Shown here: positions 47,585-57,348 of the stretch, one piece after another | How the letters are laid out: each line of letters starts with the position of its first letter | Position numbering within the stretch: the stretch's first letter is position 1 | Assembly (NCBI GenBank): GCA_964480475.1 | Contig: CAYZPW010000001.1 | Coordinates: 16,262-80,261 of the forward strand | DNA length: 64,000 bases | Direction of reading: 5' to 3' | Source of the DNA: an uncultured bacterium | GTDB lineage: Bacteria > B130-G9 | Position numbers and translations under genes: made by a program | Notes under the pieces: generated by a model | Database searches by the model: none | The model's input: the letters and a program-made list of their open reading frames with translations, nothing else | What the model was told of the DNA's origin: nothing

Positions 47585-48319
47585 TTGAGGAAGAAGAGAA
47601 CTAGCGCGGAACAGAAAGACGGGTTCATGGGCCCGGTCGCACAGCGGCTGGTTGAATACGTGGAGGTCGCGGCGATTGCGATACTTCTGGCGTTCTTTCT
47701 GAGGACTTTCGTTGTGCAGGCGTTCATGATACCGACCGGCTCGATGGAGAACACGCTTCTGCGAGGAGACCATATCCTGGTCAACAGGATGATTTACAGT
47801 TCAGAGGGCTTAGGCCCACTGGAGTGGATTCTGCCCGTGCGCGAGCCCGAGCGGCTGGACATCATGGTCTTCAAGAACCCGACCAGGTTGAAGCAGGATT
47901 ACATCAAGCGGATGGTCGCCATGCCAGGCGATGCCGTCGCCTATGAGGCAAAACGGCTCTCGCTCAACGGAGTCGAGGCGGTTCATGGCTTTGAGCGGCA
48001 CGGGAGCCCCTGGGTGATCCCTCGTGACAGGGACAAGAGAGACTTCTTTGGCCCGCTTGACGTTCCAGAGGGTCACTACTTCATGATGGGGGATAACCGA
48101 GACAACAGCAAGGACTCGAGGTACTGGGGCCCTCTTGACGCGGACTTGGTCAAGGGCAGAGCTTTTCTGGTCTACTTCTCATGGACGCCTTCCAGCGTGG
48201 CATTTCAGGACAAAAGCCTTGCGGAAAGGCCGCATTCTCTGGCGGAATCAGTGTGGTTCAACATAACCCATCTTGGCGACAGGCTGCGCCTCGGGCGGGT
48301 GCTGAGCATCATAAGATAG
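47585..48319 (+). CDS. lepB: signal peptidase I LepB
   Basis: Box B GSMENTL; box D KRMVAMPGD; box E YFMMGDNRDNSKDSRYWG. Confidence 0.8.
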   Translation: MRKKRTSAEQKDGFMGPVAQRLVEYVEVAAIAILLAFFLRTFVVQAFMIPTGSMENTLLRGDHILVNRMIYSSEGLGPLEWILPVREPERLDIMVFKNPTRLKQDYIKRMVAMPGDAVAYEAKRLSLNGVEAVHGFERHGSPWVIPRDRDKRDFFGPLDVPEGHYFMMGDNRDNSKDSRYWGPLDADLVKGRAFLVYFSWTPSSVAFQDKSLAERPHSLAESVWFNITHLGDRLRLGRVLSIIR

Positions 48320-50233
48320 CGGGAAGGCGATCTCGTCCAGGCGTGCGTCGAGGCTCGCCTGGGGATTGAAATCGGGGATGACTTCCCTGATTATCTCGAT
48401 TATCTCCTCCTTGCTTCCCCAATGAACAGCCCACCACAGCCTGTCCATAGCCGAGTCGAGATCGACGTTGACGGGCATCTGCGATGCGGCCACGTTGATC
48501 TTGGGGTGAACCGTCACGCGCACCGTCTCGTCCTCGGACCACAGCGTCTCGGCTATCTTTTCACCTTGCCTGAGCCCGGTATATCTGATCTGGACCTTGC
48601 GCTGCCTGGGCGTTGAGTAGAGGCTTATCAGGTCCTCAGCGAGGTCCTTAATCCTGATCGGTTTGCCCATGTCAAGAACTTGCACCTCACCGTTCTTGGC
48701 CAAAACAGTCGCCTGAGTTATCAGCTGCACCGCCTCATAGATGGTCATGAAATAGCGCTTCGCGTCCGGATGCGTTATGGTGACCGGTCCGCCGTTCCTT
48801 ATCTGCTCCTCAAAAATCGGGACAACGCTTCCCTGGCTGCCCAGAACATTACCGAATCTAACGGCCACAAACCTGCCTTTCTCGCCCTCGCCAAAGCGCC
48901 GTGTGAGGACCTCGCAGAGCTTCTTTGAGGCGCCCATGAAGTTGACCGGCTCAACCGCCTTGTCGCTTGAGATGAGCACAAAGCTCTGAACGCCGGAGTT
49001 CTTGGCTTCTCGGAGCAGATTGAGCGTCCCGAAGACGTTGTTCCTGATGGCGCGCCTGAAGTTGACATCCATAAGCGGCGCGTGCTTGTGCGCCGCGGCG
49101 TGGAAGACTACGTCAGGCCTTTGACGCGCAAAGAGAGCCTTTATCGCGGAGGCGTTGCATATATCCTCCACAACGGGGCAGATCGCACAGGTTAGGTGCT
49201 TTGCCAGGAGCTCGCGGTGCAGGTTGAAGATAGCGGTCTCATCGATATCGAGAAGCACCAGCTTTTCGGGGCTGTATGCGCCTATTTGGCGGGCGAGCTC
49301 CGACCCGATGGAGCCGCCGGCGCCTGTTATGAGCACGCGCTTGCAGTAAAGGCTCTTCTTGACGGTCGAAAGGTCTATCTCGACCGGGTCCCGGTGTAGC
49401 AAATCCTCGACGCGTATCGGTCGGATCTGCTCCAGCCGGACCGTGCCATCGATTATCTCCTTCAACGCTGGAACGATCTGAACCTCAACGTCGAAGCCCC
49501 GGCAGTAATCCACAATGCCCCGTATCCTGTCCCCGGACGTGGAAGGGATCGCGATGATAATGTGGCCTATCTGCTCGCGCTCGATTATCTCAGGGAGCGA
49601 GTGCCTGTCCCCCTTGACCCGCACACCTTTGACTCGCATGCCGATTTTTGCCGCGTCATCATCGATGAACCCTACGAGCCTCAGGCCCAACTCAGGGTGC
49701 TTGAACATCTCCTCGCAGACCATCTCGCCCGCCTCGCCCGCGCCGACAATCAACGTCGCGACTGCGCCTCTTCTGGCCGCCGACCTCCTGTTTCGAGCGG
49801 AGACAATGAGCCTGAAGAGCGAGAGGAGACAGATGAGTAGCAGTGTATCGACCACGCCCAACCTCAGCGCAAACAAGTCCTTCGACGCGGCGAAATACGA
49901 CGCATAAAAGAGCAGCGAGCCGAACGTCACGGTATTGGCTAGCCGCTCGACGTCCCGCAACGTGAAAACGCTCCACCTCTGCCGCGGCACGCCCAAGACC
50001 GCGAACGAGGCGGCACGCACCAAGATCACACCGCCGAGTAGTGGAAGGAACTTGGCCCACAGAACCGAGGCGCCCGACCCCGAAGCGACCAAGATCATCC
50101 CGAGGACAAAGCTCACTGCGGCAAGAAAAAGATCGGACATGAACTTGACCGCTGCTCTGAGAGCGCTTGAAGAGTCCATTTTTGAGAAGGCCCCTCTTCG
50201 CAAAGCGTATCGATTGTCTTTTGGACTGCTCAT
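48248..50233 (-). CDS. membrane-anchored nucleotide-sugar 4,6-dehydratase/epimerase (CapD/PglF/WbpM family)
   Basis: Four N-terminal transmembrane segments. Rossmann VLITGAGGSIGSEL. Conserved catalytic region. The 3' end overlaps lepB convergently by ~72 bp. Confidence 0.8.
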   Translation of the reverse strand: MSSPKDNRYALRRGAFSKMDSSSALRAAVKFMSDLFLAAVSFVLGMILVASGSGASVLWAKFLPLLGGVILVRAASFAVLGVPRQRWSVFTLRDVERLANTVTFGSLLFYASYFAASKDLFALRLGVVDTLLLICLLSLFRLIVSARNRRSAARRGAVATLIVGAGEAGEMVCEEMFKHPELGLRLVGFIDDDAAKIGMRVKGVRVKGDRHSLPEIIEREQIGHIIIAIPSTSGDRIRGIVDYCRGFDVEVQIVPALKEIIDGTVRLEQIRPIRVEDLLHRDPVEIDLSTVKKSLYCKRVLITGAGGSIGSELARQIGAYSPEKLVLLDIDETAIFNLHRELLAKHLTCAICPVVEDICNASAIKALFARQRPDVVFHAAAHKHAPLMDVNFRRAIRNNVFGTLNLLREAKNSGVQSFVLISSDKAVEPVNFMGASKKLCEVLTRRFGEGEKGRFVAVRFGNVLGSQGSVVPIFEEQIRNGGPVTITHPDAKRYFMTIYEAVQLITQATVLAKNGEVQVLDMGKPIRIKDLAEDLISLYSTPRQRKVQIRYTGLRQGEKIAETLWSEDETVRVTVHPKINVAASQMPVNVDLDSAMDRLWWAVHWGSKEEIIEIIREVIPDFNPQASLDARLDEIAFPLSYDAQHPPEAQPVAKMGYVEPH

Positions 50234-50640
50234 CCACCACTGTAGTTTTCCCTATAATCGGAAATCCGGCTCCCATTCTTTAGTCCAAGTCACACCTCGA
50301 TGAGACGGACCGGGCCTTAAATGTGCGTCACCATCTGCGCTGTAGGCGATGTCGGGCATCGTAGGGGCGGGTCACGAGGCGTCCTCTTCTGATTTAACCG
50401 AACGCGCGGAGGGCGGCTCGTGAGCCACCCCCACAGGGTCTATCACGCGTCCTGTAGCCACATTTTCAACGGCGAGGCGGGCAGATGCACAGCAAGGCTT
50501 GTGACACTGCCTTGATGGCTCAATGGCCGAGGCGCGTAACAAGGCGGGAGGCCAACGCCCGGACCCTGCACGCTGCTATGCCCACGATAAGGATGACTAG
50601 CCGCACAAGCCTCATCGGCCGATTCTCGCGGGCATGGCCG

Positions 50641-51342
50641 TTAGACGGCGAGGCCGCGACGGATTTCCGCCGCTCTGCTCTCAACGTACTTCTCAAGGGT
50701 GCGCCGGTCATCATCGGAAATGGCAGTGAATGCAACCGCACAACTGACGGCGGTCATCCTGACAATCCTGGCGTTCACCCGAATGCTCCTTTTGGGCAGC
50801 TTTAGCTGCATCCCCTCTATCGTCTTGCCAGCCTCGAGAATGGGCGCGCGAACTTTGGAAACGAAGAGCGCGCCGCCGACCGAGATATCGGTGACATTGC
50901 CCAGAATGGCGTTGTCATCCACGACGAGGTACGCTCCGACAGGTTCACCGGGCGATGGTTCCACGCGGAAATGACTCCTCGATCGCGTGAGGACGGCGCT
51001 TTCTGGAAACGCTATCTTCCAAAGCCAATCCTTGTCTTCTTTCCAGCCTTTTTCAAACGGAGCCGTGAAACTGACCAGAAAGTCGCCTTTGACAAATGAG
51101 ACCGAAATAAACCGGTTGGAACTTAGCAGCTCGTTCCCGTAGCCCGGAAACAACGACTCAAGGACTAGATGCTGCTTTGACAGGTCAGTTTGGGCTGAGA
51201 AACGGGACTGGAGTCTCAGCGCGAAGGCCTCGATCTGGACGTCCAGCGACAGACCTTCATTCGCGGCGTAGGCAAGCAAACGCCTCACATTGTCAGGTTT
51301 CGAGAATGTTCTGGACCAACCTTCTTTGCTCATGCCGCGCAA
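50641..51342 (-). CDS. PilZ-domain protein with an N-terminal accessory domain (YcgR-like layout)
   Basis: C-terminal ...VDDNAILGNVTDISVGGALFVSKV (DxSxGG). RxxxR-like element upstream. Confidence 0.5.
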   Translation of the reverse strand: MRGMSKEGWSRTFSKPDNVRRLLAYAANEGLSLDVQIEAFALRLQSRFSAQTDLSKQHLVLESLFPGYGNELLSSNRFISVSFVKGDFLVSFTAPFEKGWKEDKDWLWKIAFPESAVLTRSRSHFRVEPSPGEPVGAYLVVDDNAILGNVTDISVGGALFVSKVRAPILEAGKTIEGMQLKLPKRSIRVNARIVRMTAVSCAVAFTAISDDDRRTLEKYVESRAAEIRRGLAV

Positions 51343-51369
51343 AAACGAACCTATTTCGCTGGGTTCAGA

Positions 51370-52059
51370 TCAATCTTGTCCCAGCATCGCACGGAACCCT
51401 CTTAAAAAAAGCTTTGCAAGGGCTGAGATGCCAGCCCGCCAGGCCGGCAGCTTAACCTGACCCAGCCTAGCCTCGTAGGGTATCCTTATCTCACCGCATC
51501 TTCTGCCGTTTGTGCTAAACGCCTCAATCTTGATGTCCTGCGAGAACGACCAGCCATCGCTTTCAAGGTGCATCTCAGGCAGCATCTCGCGCTTGAACAC
51601 CCACATCCCAGAAAGAATGTCATTGAACGGCGTAGAAAACAAGACCCGAGCGCACACCGTGAAAATCTTGTTGCCGATCACGTTCCTGAGGCTCATCGCG
51701 TCCCTGCGCTGAAGCGGGAAACGCGACGCGCTTGCGAAATCCAGCTCGCGCGCCTCAAACTCGTCCAAGAGGTCCGAAAGAAGATGTATCGGATACGTCC
51801 CGTCCGCGTCCGTTGTTGCGATTACCTCGCACGTTGCGCTTTCAAGCCCCGTCCGATACGCCCGGCCGTAGCCGCGCCTGGGCTCGACGACGACCCTTGC
51901 TCCCAGTGAGGTGGATATCTCGACCGAATTGTCCTGGGAGCCGTTGTCAACAACAAGCACCTCGTCAACGAAGTCCGGAACCGCCTCGATAACCCCCCCG
52001 ATACCTTCCTCCTCGTTGAGGCACGGGATAACCACAGAAATAGTCTTGCCCTTATACAT
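51370..52059 (-). CDS. GT2 glycosyltransferase (polyprenyl-phosphate sugar transferase, DPM1-like)
   Basis: SVVIPCLNEE...VVDNGSQD...TDADGT. Confidence 0.75.
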   Translation of the reverse strand: MYKGKTISVVIPCLNEEEGIGGVIEAVPDFVDEVLVVDNGSQDNSVEISTSLGARVVVEPRRGYGRAYRTGLESATCEVIATTDADGTYPIHLLSDLLDEFEARELDFASASRFPLQRRDAMSLRNVIGNKIFTVCARVLFSTPFNDILSGMWVFKREMLPEMHLESDGWSFSQDIKIEAFSTNGRRCGEIRIPYEARLGQVKLPAWRAGISALAKLFLRGFRAMLGQD

Positions 52060-52354
52060 CTCAGAGCGGATGACCTTACGTTATTGAAAGTCGCAAAAGA
52101 CGCCTAAACGTTCGCATCAAAGCGCTGCGATGTCAATTGGTAAGGAGGGCCAGGAGTTTTCGCAATAGTATGCCTTGGGGCGGCTGCAGACGTGCTGGCG
52201 GCTCACTTTGAGGGATTCTGGCCCCAGAGGCTTCTGGAATCTGGGCGGGAGGCGGGGACTATTCGAAAGTGATGCTTCAATGCCCTGAAAGGGGCATCAT
52301 GTGCGTAGCCGTAGGTGAAACCTACGGATCTTTGCGAAGAGAAAGCTAATAGAC

Positions 52355-52397
52355 CTCGAACGCGTCGGACAATCTCTGTGAGATTGTCCGACGCGTT
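52355..52397. promoter_or_regulatory. perfect 20-bp-arm palindrome with a 3-nt loop in a divergent intergenic region
   Basis: cgaacgcgtcggacaatctc tgt gagattgtccgacgcgttcg, read directly. No T-tract follows on either strand. Confidence 0.4.
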
Positions 52398-52731
52398 CGG
52401 TCTGAGGGTCATGTTCCGCACGAATACCCCGCGTTTCACACGGGGCTACCCACGTGGCCCCCTTTCAGGGGACTTAAGCTCCTCGGACCTGACGTCAAGC
52501 GCACTATCCCCTCGCTGCAGGTCAAGCCGAACACCCAACAACCCGGAGAATCAAGGCCAAAGAATTCCGAAACTCCAGGCAAAGGGGGCAGCTCACACCG
52601 AGCACGGTCTGATTATGCCATGTTTTTGGCGCAGAATGCGCTGGGCGCCGGTCTTTGCACTTGCAACTTGAAACCCAGCTTGCTACGAATCCTTGATATC
52701 GCAATTACGGAACTAACTGCAAGGAGTTACC

Positions 52732-53244
52732 ATGGTCATTACAAGGAGTCGTATCTGTCTGCGCTGCGCTGTCTTGGCGCTCTGTCACGCCCTGCTATCG
52801 ACTGCGCTGTTCGCAGCGGAGGTTAAGCCGGGGGGCAAGAAGGCGCCCAATTTCACGTTGACGAATGTCAAGACAGGCAAGCCCGTCTCGCTCTCCGACT
52901 TCAAAGGCAGGGTCGTAGTGATAGATTTCTGGGCAACCTGGTGTATCCCCTGCCGGAAGGCGATGAAGTTCTACGAGAAGCTTTACCGCGAGAAGCACAA
53001 GGAAGGGCTTGTTGTCCTGACCATCTCGATCGATCAGCGAGAGAAGAAGCTCAAGAACTTCCTCGAGAAGCGGCCAGTGAGCTTTCCCATTCTTCATGAT
53101 CCTAAGAAAACACTGATGAAACAGTATGGCGTCTTCAAGATCCCTACGACTTTCATCGTCGATAGAGACGGAAGGATACAGAACAAATACGTCGGCATCG
53201 TGGAGAAGGTCGTCAGGGCGAGAGTGGAGGAGCTGCTGAAGTGA
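52732..53244 (+). CDS. TlpA-like thiol-disulfide oxidoreductase (redoxin)
   Basis: Signal peptide. VIDFWATWCIPCRKAM (CxxC). Confidence 0.75.
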   Translation: MVITRSRICLRCAVLALCHALLSTALFAAEVKPGGKKAPNFTLTNVKTGKPVSLSDFKGRVVVIDFWATWCIPCRKAMKFYEKLYREKHKEGLVVLTISIDQREKKLKNFLEKRPVSFPILHDPKKTLMKQYGVFKIPTTFIVDRDGRIQNKYVGIVEKVVRARVEELLK

Positions 53245-53501
53245 ATGGGAGCGCACGTATCTTTAAGGACTGGTCGTTTCTGATTCTGACGCTGCTGCTG
53301 CTGGTATTGTGCATTTGTCAGGGCTGCGCTACGGTCAAGCCTTATGATATGGAGTTTCTGACCGACCCGATCATGCTGTTCGAGGAGATTAACCCCGACG
53401 TCGGCACGCTGGAGTTCCTAGTCTTCGGCGATATGGAGAAGGCCTGGGTTACTGGCGGCGGTGCGAGCGGCGGCGGCTGTGTCAGCTGTGCCGGCAAGTA
53501 G
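53241..53501 (+). CDS. small lipoprotein, DUF4266-like
   Basis: Lipobox LCICQGCA. C-terminal GGGASGGGCVSCAGK Gly/Cys motif. 4-bp overlap with the tlpA-like stop. Confidence 0.4.
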   Translation: MNGSARIFKDWSFLILTLLLLVLCICQGCATVKPYDMEFLTDPIMLFEEINPDVGTLEFLVFGDMEKAWVTGGGASGGGCVSCAGK

Positions 53502-53510
53502 GGGCGCCCC

Positions 53511-54687
53511 GGTGAGAACTGGATCGACTTCTAGAAGGAAAACGTCAAGACACGGCGCGATTCTCGCTCTATGCCTCGCCCTCCTGCTCCTGGCAGCGTT
53601 TGACGGCCATTGCGCTCAGGACAACTTCACGTTCAACTACTTCCGCTATCGCGACGAGAACGACACGATAAACGCGGCATTCGCGTTCAGGCTCGATAAG
53701 CAGGTGTTCGAGAAGACCAAGCTGAAGCTCTCGTATCTACACTCCGATACCCGGTATTGGAAGGTCCCGCTGTGGGAGCCGGCCGTAAGGCATTACTCGC
53801 GCGGCGATCAGTATTCGCTTCAAGTCGAGCAGAAGACGATCAAGGACGGGAAGCTCGTGGTCGGATACGTTTTCACCGACCACGCCATAAGGCTCACGGA
53901 AGCCTATCTCATCCACGAGATGGAGGAAAAAGCAAAATCTGACCCGGAAATAGGAGGGCTGCGAAAGCCGACGTCGAGCGCCTACAACATCTCCTACTCG
54001 CAGCCGTTCTTCGACCAGAACACGACGGTTGAGGCCTCATACTCACACACGGACGCTAACCTTACCCCATACTGGGAATACGACATCAACACGATGACGC
54101 ATCTCGCCAACAGGACGACCTCATACACCAATGCGTTCACGCTGACCGTAACGCAGATATTCACACAATACACAACTTGCCAGCTGAGCGCCTCGTATGC
54201 GACGCAGTCTGCCCTTCCCGAGACATGGTCTTATTCTGCGAAGCTGCATCAGTATCTGCCGAGCAGAACGTCGATTCAGGTGTATTATCGTTACTCGCAT
54301 GACAACGATTGCTTCTACACAAACACGGTCGAGGCGAAGGTATATCAGTATCTCACGGACGAGATAATTGTCGTGGCAAGATACCGCTGGCACACCGAGG
54401 ATGACCCGAGCCTCAATGAGGAGCAGGAGTGGAAGCTCTGGCAGCAGCAGGAGTATGGCGAGGACCTCAGTGTCAGCCTGTTCCCGTCGGATTCGGTTAC
54501 GATTGGCGGTGGCGTGATAGTCGATGTGCTCGGCCTGGCCGGCAACCCGGCGTGGCTTGGAGGCGATTATCTGGACAAGATCAATCTCGACGTTCGGTTC
54601 AACCGCTACCGGCACAACAGCAAGTTCGAGAAAGACCATTATCTCGATGCGGAGATGTATTCGGCGGGCCTGGGCTTTCTGTTCTGA
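53511..54687 (+). CDS. DUF3570-like predicted outer-membrane beta-barrel protein; start uncertain, possibly GTG
   Basis: Signal peptide (ILALCLALLLLAA). Alternating hydrophobic beta-strand pattern and an aromatic-rich C-terminus (GLGFLF). Confidence 0.4.
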
Positions 54688-54726
54688 GACGTGTTGCGCC
54701 AGCGCACCAGCCAGACATTGCGACCC

Positions 54727-56391
54727 TTATGGCTGTGGCTGGCCAGGCGCCCAGCTGGACGGTGCATCCTGTCTGGAATACAAGAAGAACCTGTATTTGC
54801 GGAACAGGTCGAACATACCCTTGCCTTCGTAGAGCGTGTAGTCGTCGTTGAGGACCTCGTGGTCCAGCAGCATGTTCTGGTAGTTGTGCTCGGTCCAGGT
54901 CTGTCCAGTTACGTCAAGCAAGAGCAGATAGTCGGGCTTGCGGCGGAAGATATACATGGGCTCGAACTTGGCGTGCGCCTTGCCTTTCAGCCGGGCGATG
55001 TAGCGGTCCGTCAAGCCGCGCATGTCGATAACGCTGAGCCTCGAGTAGTAAGGAATCAATCCCGCCTCGCCAAGAGCCACCGTGGCATCGGGCCGAATCC
55101 GTTCGCGCATCATCTTCGCCACGCGGTAGTATTCGCGGTTGAGAACGTCGCGGACCGCAAAGCCGGACGGTTTCTTAGCAACCAGCATTACGTCGGCCGT
55201 GTGATAGGCGAACAGACTGACAATCGTGATGATCATCGCAGCGGACAGCCTCTGGCGCAGGATGCCACACCGCTCTGACACTCCGAATCTCTCCCACAAC
55301 GTCAATGCCCCATGCTGAGCCATCAGAACCAGCGCGGGCACTATCGGCATGAAGAGCCTGTAACTGCCCATCCAGTCCCCCCCGGAGTAAATGATGAACG
55401 CCGACATGGCAACCGTCTGCCACAAAAGGAACCAATACCCCTCCCTGAACCCGCTCGAAGAGGACTGGGTGGTCTGTCCCTGGCCGGGCACGGGGCCTTT
55501 GCGCAACCTGCTATCAATTCCAACACTTAACACTTCACTTTGGACCTTCGACTTTCGACCCCGAGCGTGCATAAAGAGCGGAAGCAGACATAACAGCAGA
55601 AATGGGCCGAGAATCGTCGAAACGCCGAAGCCGAAATACTCCAGGCCGCCCCAGAACTGCGCCTGGCCTCCGCCGGTCGTCTTCGCGTAGAAGGTGTTAG
55701 GGAAAATGTCTCCGTAATAGATGTATCGCCACACGATGAACCCCGCGAACGGCACGGAGTATGTCGCGGCGCCAGGCAGCAGAGCTCTGACCTTGTGCCG
55801 GCGTCGGATCAGGTAGATAAGCGTTGTCAGAAAGGCTGCCGCGAAAAGTATCGGTATCTCCGGTCGGGTGAGCGATGCGAGCAGGAAGAAGAACGCGGAC
55901 AGGCCGAAAAGCGCCGCTGGGGTGGCTTTGCCGTTTTCCCGACTGAGAAGCACTCGCATATTGAGGTATTGCCCCGTTGCGACCAGGAGCGCGCAGAAAC
56001 TGGTCTCAAGTCCTCCGACGGTCCAGGCGACGAACTGCGGCGACGTGCAGAGCAGAATTGGCGCAAGACAGGCGAGCAAGATCGGGCTGCTGCTGTTTTT
56101 TCTGTTCAATCGGGTAGCTTTATAGACCACGATGACGCATAGAAGGCCGGACAGAAGGCCGACCGCCTTCGACCAGACAAGCAAGCCGTGCGGGAAGCCA
56201 GTCAGGCCGCTCAAGACAAGGAGCGAGAGTATCTGAGCGAAGAGGAAGTTGGAGTAGCCCTCGACTCGTTCACCGGTATTGAAGACGAGGCCTTCACCGG
56301 TTGCTTGGTTCTCGGCGTAGCGGAATGTGATGAACGCGTCGTCGGTCGAGGCGTTGACGAGGTGCAGCGCCATCAGTGCGAATAGAAACAT
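54727..56391 (-). CDS. polytopic GT-C-like membrane protein with a soluble C-terminal domain
   Basis: N-terminal loop motif STDDAFITFRYAEN. At least 10 transmembrane segments. The 5' end of the longer ORF (to 56490) is probably non-coding; start taken at MFLFAL. Confidence 0.45.
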   Translation of the reverse strand: MFLFALMALHLVNASTDDAFITFRYAENQATGEGLVFNTGERVEGYSNFLFAQILSLLVLSGLTGFPHGLLVWSKAVGLLSGLLCVIVVYKATRLNRKNSSSPILLACLAPILLCTSPQFVAWTVGGLETSFCALLVATGQYLNMRVLLSRENGKATPAALFGLSAFFFLLASLTRPEIPILFAAAFLTTLIYLIRRRHKVRALLPGAATYSVPFAGFIVWRYIYYGDIFPNTFYAKTTGGGQAQFWGGLEYFGFGVSTILGPFLLLCLLPLFMHARGRKSKVQSEVLSVGIDSRLRKGPVPGQGQTTQSSSSGFREGYWFLLWQTVAMSAFIIYSGGDWMGSYRLFMPIVPALVLMAQHGALTLWERFGVSERCGILRQRLSAAMIITIVSLFAYHTADVMLVAKKPSGFAVRDVLNREYYRVAKMMRERIRPDATVALGEAGLIPYYSRLSVIDMRGLTDRYIARLKGKAHAKFEPMYIFRRKPDYLLLLDVTGQTWTEHNYQNMLLDHEVLNDDYTLYEGKGMFDLFRKYRFFLYSRQDAPSSWAPGQPQP

Positions 56392-56449
56392 GAGAAGCGC
56401 AAGGAGCGCTGCGCGGCACCGCGGCGCCTCGTGGAGCAAGGATGAAGGC

Positions 56450-56503
56450 GGAAGGATGAAGGATGAGTCATTCATTAGAGCGCATTTCATCCTTCATCCT
56501 TCC
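56450..56503 (-). terminator. 17-bp perfect hairpin downstream of map (terminator- or attenuator-like; no U-tract)
   Basis: ggaaggatgaaggatga / tcatccttcatccttcc around a 20-nt loop. Followed by a (cctttgtg)x3 repeat related to 4668-4690. Confidence 0.35.
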
Positions 56504-56533
56504 TTTGTGCCTTTGTGCCTTTGTGGTTCTCCC

Positions 56534-57325
56534 CTACGGCGTCGCAAAGAAGTCTCGGTCGGATTCGTGCAGCGTCAGGATTCTCGGACCTTGCGAGGTT
56601 ATCGCGATTGCGTGCTCGAACTGTGCGGAGAGGCGGCCATCGGCGGTCACGGCTGTCCATTGGTCACTTTTGACCTTCAACCTGTAGGTTCCCTCATTGA
56701 TCATCGGTTCCAGACAGAAGACCATCCCCTCCTGGATTGGCGCCCCGTGGCCCTTTCGGCCATAGTGCGGGACCTGCGGGTCCTCGTGCAGCGACCGCCC
56801 AAGCCCGTGCCCGACGAAGTCCCGAACAACTGAGAAACCGTGGGATTCAACGTAGCTCTGAATGGCATATCCGATGTCGCCCAGCCTGTTGCCCGGCCTT
56901 GCCGCCTCGATCGCGAGCTTGAGAGACATCTTGGTCACATCAAAGAGCCGTTTAGCTCTTGCCGTCGGCGTTCCCACTAGAATCGATATGGCTGTATCAC
57001 CGTGGAAACCGTCCTTCAGGACGCCGATGTCTAACTTCAACAGGTCGCCGGACTTCAGCTTGCGGTCGGAGGGTATCCCGTGGACTATCTCCTCATTGAT
57101 GCTCGTCGTGATGGAGCCCGGGAAAGGCGGAAGCCCAGCGAGCGAATAGCCCTTGAAGGAAGGTCTAGCGCCGCTTTTCAGGATGAGCTCCTCGGCCATC
57201 ACGTCGAGTTCCTGGGTCGTGACGCCTGGCCTTGACGCAAGCCTCAGCTGATACAGGACTTCGGCAGCGATCTGGCACGAACGCTCGATGGCCTCTATTT
57301 CTCGGGCGCTTTTGAGATCGATCAT
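56534..57325 (-). CDS. map: methionine aminopeptidase type I
   Basis: 263 aa. Metal ligands in conserved context (D...D...H...E...E). Typical MIDLKSAREIE N-terminus. Confidence 0.9.
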   Translation of the reverse strand: MIDLKSAREIEAIERSCQIAAEVLYQLRLASRPGVTTQELDVMAEELILKSGARPSFKGYSLAGLPPFPGSITTSINEEIVHGIPSDRKLKSGDLLKLDIGVLKDGFHGDTAISILVGTPTARAKRLFDVTKMSLKLAIEAARPGNRLGDIGYAIQSYVESHGFSVVRDFVGHGLGRSLHEDPQVPHYGRKGHGAPIQEGMVFCLEPMINEGTYRLKVKSDQWTAVTADGRLSAQFEHAIAITSQGPRILTLHESDRDFFATP

Positions 57326-57348
57326 CTGGCGGCGATGGCGGCTCCCGG

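Noticed and set aside
52060-52731. Possible riboswitch or structured leader in the 670-bp region upstream of the tlpA-like gene
   Set aside because: I found no recognisable cobalamin, SAM, TPP or FMN consensus boxes. Only the long palindrome at 52355-52397 stands out, and that is reported separately.
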